A stretch of DNA of 64,000 nucleotides from contig OZ024743.1 of assembly GCA_964016885.1 (NCBI GenBank), positions 256,990,001 to 257,054,000 of the forward strand, written 5' to 3'. A model generated the notes under the pieces. That model searched no databases. It was not told the DNA's origin and saw nothing but the letters and a program-made list of their open reading frames with translations. Source of the stretch: Eledone cirrhosa (lineage: Eukaryota). Each line of letters starts with the position of its first letter. Position 1 is the stretch's first letter. The position numbers were made by a program, and so were the translations under genes. Of this stretch, positions 49,201 to 61,200 are shown one piece after another.

Positions 49201-52200
49201 AGGTGTAGAGCCAGACAAAGTGTAATATAATAATACAAGAATCAGGTGAGCACTCGATGTTTAGGTTCACGTCAGTATCAAGGTGTAGAGCCAGACAGAG
49301 TGTAATATAATAATACAAGAATCAGGTGAGCACTCGATGTTTAGGTTCACGTCAGTATCAAGGTGTAGAGTCAGACAGAGTGTAATATAATAATACAAGA
49401 ATCAGGTGAGCACACGATGTTTAGGTTCACGTCAGTATCAAGGTGTAGAGCCAGACAGAGTGTAATATAATAATACAAGGATCAGGTGAGCACTCGATGT
49501 TTAGGTTCACGTCAGTATCAAGGTGTAGAGCCAGACAGAGTGTAATATAATAATACAAGGATCAGCTGAGCACTCGATGTTTAGGTTCACGTCAGTATCG
49601 AGGTGTAGAGCCAGACAGAGTGTAATATAATAATACAAGGATCAGCTGAGCACTCGATGTTTAGGTTCACGTCAGTATCAAGGTGTAGAGCCAGACAGAG
49701 TGTAATATAATAATACAAGAATCAGGTGAGCACTCGATGTTTAGGTTCGCGTCAGTATCAAGGTGTAGAGCCAGATAGAGTGTAATATAATAATACAAGG
49801 ATCAGCTGAGCACTCGATGTTTAGGTTCACGTCAGTATCAAGCTGTAGAGCCAGAGAGAGTGTAATACAAGGATCAGGTGAGCACTCGATGTTTAGGTTC
49901 ACGTCAGTATCGAGGTGTAGAGCCAGACAGAGTGTAATATAATAATACAAGGATCAGGTGAGCACTCGATGTTTAGATTCACGTCAGTATCAAGCTGTAG
50001 AGCCAGAGAGAGTGTAATACAAGGATCAGGTGAGCACTCGATGTTTAGGTTCACGTCAGTATCGAGGTGTAGAGCCAGACAGAGTGTAATATAATAATAC
50101 GAGGATCAGGTGAGCACTCGATGTTTAGGTTCACGTCAGTATCAAGATGTAGAGCCAGACAGAGTGTAATATAATAATACAAGGATCAGGTGAGCACTCG
50201 ATGTTTAGGTTCACGTCAGTATCAAGCTGTAGAGCCAGACAGAGTGTAATACAAGGATCAGGTGAGCACTCGATGTTTAGGTTCACGTCAGTATCGAGGT
50301 GTAGAGCCAGACAGAGTGTAATATAATAATACGAGGATCAGGTGAGCACTCGATGTTTAGGTTCACGTCAGTATCATGGTGTAGAGCCAGACAGAGTGTA
50401 ATATAATAATTCAAGGATCAGGTGAGCACTCGATGTTTAGGTTCACGTCAGTATCAAGGTGTAGAGCCAGACAGAGTGTAATATAATAATACAAGGATCA
50501 GGTGAGCACTCGATGTTTAGGTTCACGTCAGTATCAAGCTGTAGAGCCAGACAGAGTGTAATATAATAATACAAGAATCAGGTGAGCACTCGATGTTTAG
50601 GTTCACGTCAGTATCAAGGTGTAGAGCCACACAGAGTGTAATATAATAATACAAGGATCAGGTGAGCACTCGATGTTTAGGTTCACGTCAGTATCAAGCT
50701 GTAGAGCCAGACAGAGTGTAATATAATAATACAAGGATCAGGTGAGCACTCGATGTTTAGGTTCTCGTCAGTATCAAGGTGTAGAGCCAGACAGAGTGTA
50801 ATATAGTAATACAAGGATCAGCTGAGCACTCGATGTTTAGGTTCACGTCAGTATCGAGGTGTAGAGCCAGACAGAGTGTAATATAATAATACAAGGATCA
50901 GGTGAGCACTCGATGTTTAGGTTCACGTCAGTATCGAGGTGTAGAGCCAGACAGAGTGTAATATAATAATACAAGGATCAGGTGAGCACTCGATGTTTAG
51001 GTTGACGTCAGTATCAAGGTGTAGAGCCAGACAGAGTGTAATATAGTAATACAAGGATCAGCTAAGCACACGATGTTTAGGTTCACGTCAGTATCGAGGT
51101 GTAGAGCCAGACAGAGTGTAATATAATAATACAAGGATCAGCTAAGCACACGATGTTTAGGTTCACGTCAGTATCGAGGTGTAGAGCCAGACAGAGTGTA
51201 ATATAATAATACAAGGATCAGGTGAGCACTCGATGTTTAGGTTCTCGTCAGTATCAAGGTGTAGAGCCAGACAGAGTGTAATATAATAATGCAAGGATCA
51301 GCTGAGCACTCGATGTTTAGGTTCACGTTAGTATCGAGGTGTAGAGCAAGACAGAGTGTAATATAATAATACAAGGATCAGGTGAGCACTCGATGTTTAG
51401 GTACACGTTAGTATCGAGGTGTAGAGCCAGACAGAGTGTAATATAATAATACAAGTATCAGGTGAGCACTCGATGTTTAGGTTCTCGTCAGTATCAAGGT
51501 GTAGAGCCAGACAGAGTGTAATATAGTAATACAAGGATCATCTGAGCACTCGATGTTTAGTTTCACGTCAGTATCAAGGTGTAGAGCCAGACAGAGTGTA
51601 ATATAATAATACAAGGATCAGGTGAGCAGTCGATGTTTAGGTTCTCGTCAGTATCAAGGTGTAGAGCCAGACAGAGTGTAATATAGTAATACAAGGATCA
51701 GCTGAGCACTCGATGTTTAGGTTCACGTCAGTATCAAGGTGTAGAGCCAGACAGAGTGTAATATAATAATACAAGGATCAGCTGAGCACTCGATGTTTAG
51801 GTACACGTTAGTATCGAGGTGTAGAGCCAGACAGAGTGCAATATAATAATACAAGGTCAGGTGAGCACTCGATGTTTAGGTTCACGTCAGTATCAAGATG
51901 TAGAGCCAGACAGAGTGTAATATAATAATACAAGGATCAGGTGAGCACTCGATGTTTAGGTTCACGTCAGTATCAAGGTGTAGAGCCAGACAGAGTGCAA
52001 TATAATAATACAAGGATCAGGTCAGCACTCGATGTTTAGGTTCACGTCAGTATCAAGGTGTAGAGCCAGACAGAGTGTAATATAATAATAAAAGGATCAG
52101 CTGAGCACTCGATGTTTAGGTTCACGTCAGTATCAAGGTGTAGAGCCAGACAGAGTGTAATATAATAATACAAGGATCAGCTGAGCACTCGATGTTTAGG

Positions 52201-55200
52201 TTCACGTCAGTATCAAGGTGTAGAGCCAGACAGAGTGTAATATAATAATAAAAGGATCAGCTGAGCACACGATGTTTAGGTTCACGTCAGTATCAAGGTG
52301 TAGAGCCAGACAGAGTGTAATATAATAATACAAGGATCAGGTGAGCACTCGATGTTTAGGTTCTCGTCAGTATCAAGGTGTAGAGCCAGACAGAGTGTAA
52401 TATAATAATACAAGGATCAGCTGAGCAATCGATGTTTAGGTACACGTTAGTATCGAGGTGTAGAGCCAGACAGAGTGTAATATAATAATACAAGGATCAG
52501 GTGAGCACTCGATGTTTAGGTTCACGTCAGTATCAAGGTGTAGAGCAAGACAGAGTGTAATATAATAATAAAAGGATCAGCTGAGCACTCGATGTTTAGG
52601 TTCACGTCAGTATCAAGGTGTAGAGCCAGACAGAGTGTAATATAATAATACAAGGATCAGGTGAGCACTCGATGTTTAGGTTCACGTCAGTATCAAGGTG
52701 TAGAGCCAGACAGAGTGTAATATAATAATACAAGGATCAGGTGAGCACTCGATGTTTAGGTTCACGTCAGTATCGAGGTGTAGAGCCAGACAGAGTGTAA
52801 TATAATAATACAAGGATCAGCTGAGCACTCGTTGTTTAGGTTCACGTCAGTATCAAGGTGTAGAGCCAGACAGAGTGTAATATAATAATACAAGGATCAG
52901 CTGAGCACTCGATGTTTAGGTTCACGTCAGTATCAAGGTGTAGAGCCAGACAGAGTGTAATATAATAATACAAGAATCAGGTGAGCACTCGATGTTTAGG
53001 TTCACGTCAGTATCAAGGTGTAGAGCCAGACAGAGTGTAATATAATAATACAAGAATCAGGTGAGCACTCGATGTTTAGGTTCACGTCAGTATCAAGGTG
53101 TAGAGCCAGACAGAGTGTAATATAATAATACAAGAATCAGGTGAGCACACGATGTTTAGGTTCACGTCAGTATCAAGGTGTAGAGCCAGACAGAGTGTAA
53201 TATAATAATACAAGGATCAGGTGAGTACTCGATGTTTAGGTTCACGTCAGTATCAAGGTGTAGAGCCAGACAGAGTGTAATATAATAATACAAGGATCAG
53301 CTGAGCACTCGATGTTTAGGTTCACGTCAGTATCAAGCTGTAGAGCCAGACAGAGTGTAATACAAGGATCAGGTGAGCACTCGATGTTTAGGTTCACGTC
53401 AGTATCGAGGTGTAGAGCCAGACAGAGTGTAACATAATAATACGAGGATCAGGTGAGCACTCGATGTTTAGGTTCACGTCAGTATCATGGTGTAGAGCCA
53501 GACAGAGTGTAATATAATAATTCAAGGATCAGGTGAGCACTCGATGTTTAGGTTCACGTCAGTATCAAGGTGTAGAGCCAGACAGAGTGTAATATAATAA
53601 TACAAGGATCAGGTGAGCACTCGATGTTTAGGTTCACGTCAGTATCAAGCTGTAGAGCCAGACAGAGTGTAATATAATAATACAAGAATCAGGTGAGCAC
53701 TCGATGTTTAGGTTCACGTCAGTATCAAGGTGTAGAGCCACACAGAGTGTAATATAATAATACAAGGATCAGGTGAGCACTCGATGTTTAGGTTCACGTC
53801 AGTATCAAGCTGTAGAGCCAGACAGAGTGTAATATAATAATACAAGGATCAGGTGAGCACTCGATGTTTAGGTTCTCGTCAGTATCAAGGTGTAGAGCCA
53901 GACAGAGTGTAATATAGTAATACAAGGATCAGCTGAGCACTCGATGTTTAGGTTCACGTCAGTATCGAGGTGTAGAGCCAGACAGAGTGTAATATAGTAA
54001 TACAAGGATCAGCTGAGCACTCGATGTTTAGGTTCACGTCAGTATCAAGCTGTAGAGCCAGACAGAGTGTAATATAATAATAAAAGGATCAGCTGAGCAC
54101 ACGATGTTTAGGTTCACGTCAGTTTCAAGGTGTAGAGCCAGACAGAGTGTAATATAATAATACAAGGATCAGGTGAGCACTCGATGTTTAGGTTCTCGTC
54201 AGTATCAAGGTGTAGAGCCAGACAGAGTGTAATATAATAATACAAGGATCAGGTGAGCACTCGATGTTTAGGTTCTCGTCAGTATCAAGGTGTAGAGCCA
54301 GACAGAGTGTAATATAGTAATACAAGGATCAGCTGAGCACTCGATGTTTAGGTTCACGTCAGTATCAAGGTGTAGAGCCAGACAGAGTGTAATATAATAA
54401 TACAAGGATCAGCTGAGCACTCGATGTTTAGGTACACGTTAGTATCGAGGTGTAGAGCCAGACAGAGTGTAATATAATAATACAAGGATCAGGTGAGCAC
54501 TCGATGTTTAGGTTCACGTCAGTATCAAGGTGTAGAGCCAGACAGAGTGTAATATAATAATAAAAGGATCAGCTGAGCACACGATGTTTAGGTTCACGTC
54601 AGTTTCAAGGTGTAGAGCCAGACAGAGTGTAATATAATAATACAAGGATCAGGTGAGCACTCGATGTTTAGATTCTCGTCAGTATCAAGGTGTAGAGCCA
54701 GACAGAGTGTAATATAATAATAAAAGGATCAGCTGAGCACTCGATGTTTAGGTTCACGTCAGTATCAAGCTGTAGAGCCAGACAGAGTGTAATATAATAA
54801 TACAAGGATCAGGTGAGCACTCGATGTTTAGGTTCACGTCAGTATCAAGGTGTAGAGCCAGACAGAGTGTAATATAATAATACAAGGATAAGGTGAGCAC
54901 TCGATGTTTAGGTTCACGTCAGTATCGAGGTGTAGAGCCAGACAGAGTGTAATATAATAATACAAGGATCAGGTGAGCACTCGATGTTTAGGTTCACGTC
55001 AGTATCAAGGTGTAGAGCAAGACAGAGTGTAATATAATAATAAAAGGATCAGCTGAGCACACGATGTTTAGGTTCACGTCAGTATCAAGGTGTAGAGCCA
55101 GACAGAGTGTAATATAATAATACAAGGATCAGGTGAGCACTCGATGTTTAGGTTCTCGTCAGTATCAAGGTGTAGAGCCAGACAGAGTGTAATATAATAA

Positions 55201-58200
55201 TACAAGGATCAGGTGAGCACTCGATGTTTAGGTTCACGTCAGTATCAAGGTTTAGAGCCAGACAGAGTGTAATATAATAAGACAAGGATCAGCTGAGCAC
55301 TCGATGTTTAGGTTCACGTCAGTATCGAGGTGTAGAGCCAGACAGAGTGTAATATAATAATACAAGTATCAGGTGAGCACTCGATGTTTAGGTTCACGTC
55401 AGTATCGAGGTGTAGAGCCAGACAGAGTGTAATATAGTAATACAAGGATCAGCTGAGCACTCGATGTTTAGGTTCACGTCAGTATCAAGGTGTAGAGCCA
55501 GACAGAGTGTAATATAATAATACAAGGATCAGCTGAGCACTCGATGTTTAGGTACACGTTAGTATCGAGGTGTAGAGCCAGACAGAGTGCAATATAATAA
55601 TACAAGGTCAGGTGAGCACTCGATGTTTAGGTTCACGTCAGTATCAAGATGTAGAGCCAGACAGAGTGTAATATAATAATACAAGGATCAGGTGAGCACT
55701 CGATGTTTAGGTTCACGTCAGTATCAAGGTGTAGAGCCAGACAGAGTGTAATATAACAATACAAGGATCAGGTGAGCACACGATGTTTAGGTTCACGTCA
55801 GTATCGAGGTGTAGAGCCAGACAGAGTGTAATATAATAATACAAGGATCAGGTGAGCACTCGATGTTTAGGTTCTCGTCAGTATCAAGGTGTAGAGCCAG
55901 ACAGAGTGTAATATAGTAATACAAGGATCAGCTGAGCACTCGATGTTTAGGTTCACGTCAGTATCAAGGTGTAGAGCCAGACAGAGTGTAATATAATAAT
56001 ACAAGGATCAGCTGAGCACTCGATGTTTAGGTACACGTTAGTATCGAGGTGTAGAGCCAGACAGAGTGTAATATAATAATACAAGGATCAGGTGAGCACT
56101 CGATGTTTAGGTTCACGTCAGTATCAAGGTGTAGAGCCAGACAGAGTGTAATATAATAATAAAAGGATCAGCTGAGCACACGATGTTTAGGTTCACGTCA
56201 GTTTCAAGGTGTAGAGCCAGACAGAGTGTAATATAATAATACAAGGATCAGGTGAGCACTCGATGTTTAGATTCTCGTCAGTATCAAGGTGTAGAGCCAG
56301 ACAGAGTGTAATATAATAATAAAAGGATCAGCTGAGCACTCGATGTTTAGGTTCACGTCAGTATCAAGCTGTAGAGCCAGACAGAGTGTAATATAATAAT
56401 ACAAGGATCAGGTGAGCACTCGATGTTTAGGTTCACGTCAGTATCAAGGTGTAGAGCCAGACAGAGTGTAATATAATAATACAAGGATAAGGTGAGCACT
56501 CGATGTTTAGGTTCACGTCAGTATCGAGGTGTAGAGCTAGACAGAGTGTAATATAATAATACAAGGATCAGGTGAGCACTCGATGTTTAGGTTCACGTCA
56601 GTATCAAGGTGTAGAGCAAGACAGAGTGTAATATAATAATAAAAGGATCAGCTGAGCACACGATGTTTAGGTTCACGTCAGTATCAAGGTGAAGAGCCAG
56701 ACAGAGTGTAATATAATAATACAAGGATCAGGTGAGCACTCGATGTTTAGGTTCTCGTCAGTATCAAGGTGTAGAGCCAGACAGAGTGTAATATAATAAT
56801 ACAAGGATCAGGTGAGCACTCGATGTTTAGGTTCACGTCAGTATCAAGGTTTAGAGCCAGACAGAGTGTAATATAATAAGACAAGGATCAGCTGAGCACT
56901 CGATGTTTAGGTTCACGTCAGTATCGAGGTGTAGAGCCAGACAGAGTGTAATATAATAATACAAGTATCAGGTGAGCACTCGATGTTTAGGTTCACGTCA
57001 GTATCGAGGTGTAGAGCCAGACAGAGTGTAATATAATAATACAAGGATCAGGTGAGCACTCGATGTTTAGGTTCACGTCAGTATCAAGGTGTAGAGCCAG
57101 ACAGAGTGTAATATAATAATACAAGGATCAGGTGAGCACTCGATGTTTAGGTTCTCGTCAGTATCAAGGTGTAGAGCCAGACAGAGTGTAATATAGTAAT
57201 ACAAGGATCAGCTGAGCACTCGATGTTTAGGTTCACGTCAGTATCAAGGTGTAGAGCTAGACAGAGTGTAATATAATAATACAAGGATCAGCTGAGCACT
57301 CGATGTTTAGGTACACGTTAGTATCGAGGTGTAGAGCCAGACAGAGTGTAATATAATAATACAAGGATCAGGTGAGCACTCGATGTTTAGGTTCACGTCA
57401 GTATCAAGGTGTAGAGCCAGACAGAGTGTAATATAATAATAAAAGGATCAGCTGAGCACACGATGTTTAGGTTCACGTCAGTATCAAGGTGTAGAGCCAG
57501 ACAGAGTGTAATATAATAATACAAGGATCAGGTGAGCACTCGATGTTTAGGTTCTCGTCAGTATCAAGGTGTAGAGCCAGACAGAGTGTAATATAGTAAT
57601 ACAAGGATCAGCTGAGCACTCGATGTTTAGGTTCACGTCAGTATCAAGGTATAGAGCCAAACAGAGTGTAATATAATAATACAAGGATCAGCTGAGCAAT
57701 CGATGTTTAGGTACACGTTAGTATCGAGGTGTAGAGCCAGACAGAGTGTAATATAATAATAAAAGGATCAGCTGAGCATTCGATGTTTAGGTTCACGTCA
57801 GTATCAAGGTGTAGAGCCAGACAGAGTGTAATATAATAATACAAGGATCAGGTGAGCACTCGATGTTTAGGTTCACGTCAGTATCAAGGTGTAGAGCCAG
57901 ACAGAGTGTAATATAATAATACAAGGATCAGGTGAGCACTCGATGTTTAGGTTCACGTTAGTATCGAGGTGTAGAGCCAGACAGAGTGTAATATAATAAT
58001 ACAAGGATCAGGTGAGCACTCGATGTTTAGGTTCACGTCAGTATCAAGGTGTAGAGCAAGACAAAGTGTAATATAATAATAAAAGGATCAGCTGAGCACT
58101 CGATGTTTAGGTTCACGTCAGTATCGAGGTGTAGAGCCAGACAGAGTGTAATATAATAATACAAGGATCAGGTGAGCACTCGATGTTTAGGTTCTCGTCA

Positions 58201-61200
58201 GTATCAAGGTGTAGAGCCAGACAGAGTGTAATATAATAATACAAGGATCAGGTGAGCACTCGATGTTTAGGTTCTCGTCAGTATCAAGGTGTAGAGCCAG
58301 ACAGAGTGTAATATAATAATAAAAGGATCAGCTGAGCACTCGATGTTTAGGTTCACGTCAGTATCGAGGTGTAGAGCCAGACAGAGTGTAATATAATAAT
58401 ACAAGGATCAGGTGAGCACTCGATGTTTAGGTTCTCGTCAGTATCAAGGTGTAGAGCCAGACAGAGTGTAATATAATAATAAAAGGATCAGGTGAGCACT
58501 CGATGTTTAGGTTCTCGTCAGTATCAAGGTGTAGAGCCAGACAGAGTGTAATATAATAATACAAGGATCAGCTGAGCACTCGATGTTTAGGTTCACGTCA
58601 GTATCGAGGTGTAGAGCCAGACAGAGTGTAATATAATAATACAAGGATCAGGTGAGCACTCGATGTTTAGGTTCACGTCAGTATCGAGGTGTAGAGCCAG
58701 ACAGAGTGTAATATAATAATACAAGGATCAGCTGAGCACTCGATGTTTAGGTTCACGTCAGTATCAAGGTGTAGAGCCAGACAGAGTGTAATATAGTAAT
58801 ACAAGGATCAGCTGAGCACTCGATGTTTAGGTTCACGTCAGTATCAAGGTGTAGAGCCAGACAGAGTGTAATATAATAATACAAGGATCAGCTGAGCACT
58901 CGATGTTTAGGTACACGTTAGTATCGAGGTGTAGAGCCAGACAGAGTGTAATATAATAATACAAGGATCAGGTGAGCACTCGATGTTTAGGTTCACGTCA
59001 GTATCAAGGTGTAGAGCCAGACAGAGTGTAATATAATAATAAAAGGATCAGCTGAGCACACGATGTTTAGGTTCACGTCAGTTTCAAGGTGTAGAGCCAG
59101 ACAGAGTGTAATATAATAATACAAGGATCAGGTGAGCACTCGATGTTTAGATTCTCGTCAGTATCAAGGTGTAGAGCCAGACAGAGTGTAATATAATAAT
59201 AAAAGGATCAGCTGAGCACTCGATGTTTAGGTTCACGTCAGTATCAAGCTGTAGAGCCAGACAGAGTGTAATATAATAATACAAGGATCAGGTGAGCACT
59301 CGATGTTTAGGTTCACGTCAGTATCAAGGTGTAGAGCCAGACAGAGTGTAATATAATAATACAAGGATAAGGTGAGCACTCGATGTTTAGGTTCACGTCA
59401 GTATCGAGGTGTAGAGCCAGACAGAGTGTAATATAATAATACAAGGATCAGGTGAGCACTCGATGTTTAGGTTCACGTCAGTATCAAGGTGTAGAGCAAG
59501 ACAGAGTGTAATATAATAATAAAAGGATCAGCTGAGCACACGATGTTTAGGTTCACGTCAGTATCAAGGTGTAGAGCCAGACAGAGTGTAATATAATAAT
59601 ACAAGGATCAGGTGAGCACTCGATGTTTAGGTTCTCGTCAGTATCAAGGTGTAGAGCCAGACAGAGTGTAATATAATAATACAAGGATCAGGTGAGCACT
59701 CGATGTTTAGGTTCACGTCAGTATCAAGGTTTAGAGCCAGACAGAGTGTAATATAATAAGACAAGGATCAGCTGAGCACTCGATGTTTAGGTTCACGTCA
59801 GTATCGAGGTGTAGAGCCAGACAGAGTGTAATATAATAATACAAGTATCAGGTGAGCACTCGATGTTTAGGTTCACGTCAGTATCGAGGTGTAGAGCCAG
59901 ACAGAGTGTAATATAATAATACAAGGATCAGGTGAGCACTCGATGTTTAGGTTCACGTCAGTATCAAGGTGTAGAGCCAGACAGAGTGTAATATAACAAT
60001 ACAAGGATCAGGTGAGCACACGATGTTTAGGTTCACGTCAGTATCGAGGTGTAGAGCCAGACAGAGTGTAATATAATAATACAAGGATCAGGTGAGCACT
60101 CGATGTTTAGGTTCTCGTCAGTATCAAGGTGTAGAGCCAGACAGAGTGTAATATAGTAATACAAGGATCAGCTGAGCACTCGATGTTTAGGTTCACGTCA
60201 GTATCAAGGTGTAGAGCCAGACAGAGTGTAATATAATAATACAAGGATCAGCTGAGCACTCGATGTTTAGGTACACGTTAGTATCGAGGTGTAGAGCCAG
60301 ACAGAGTGTAATATAATAATACAAGGATCAGGTGAGCACTCGATGTTTAGGTTCACGTCAGTATCAAGGTGTAGAGCCAGACAGAGTGTAATATAATAAT
60401 AAAAGGATCAGCTGAGCACACGATGTTTAGGTTCACGTCAGTTTCAAGGTGTAGAGCCAGACAGAGTGTAATATAATAATACAAGGATCAGGTGAGCACT
60501 CGATGTTTAGATTCTCGTCAGTATCAAGGTGTAGAGCCAGACAGAGTGTAATATAATAATAAAAGGATCAGCTGAGCACTCGATGTTTAGGTTCACGTCA
60601 GTATCAAGCTGTAGAGCCAGACAGAGTGTAATATAATAATACAAGGATCAGGTGAGCACTCGATGTTTAGGTTCACGTCAGTATCAAGGTGTAGAGCCAG
60701 ACAGAGTGTAATATAATAATACAAGGATAAGGTGAGCACTCGATGTTTAGGTTCACGTCAGTATCGAGGTGTAGAGCCAGACAGAGTGTAATATAATAAT
60801 ACAAGGATCAGGTGAGCACTCGATGTTTAGGTTCACGTCAGTATCAAGGTGTAGAGCAAGACAGAGTGTAATATAATAATAAAAGGATCAGCTGAGCACA
60901 CGATGTTTAGGTTCACGTCAGTATCAAGGTGAAGAGCCAGACAGAGTGTAATATAATAATACAAGGATCAGGTGAGCACTCGATGTTTAGGTTCTCGTCA
61001 GTATCAAGGTGTAGAGCCAGACAGAGTGTAATATAATAATACAAGGATCAGGTGAGCACTCGATGTTTAGGTTCACGTCAGTATCAAGGTTTAGAGCCAG
61101 ACAGAGTGTAATATAATAAGACAAGGATCAGCTGAGCACTCGATGTTTAGGTTCACGTCAGTATCGAGGTGTAGAGCCAGACAGAGTGTAATATAATAAT

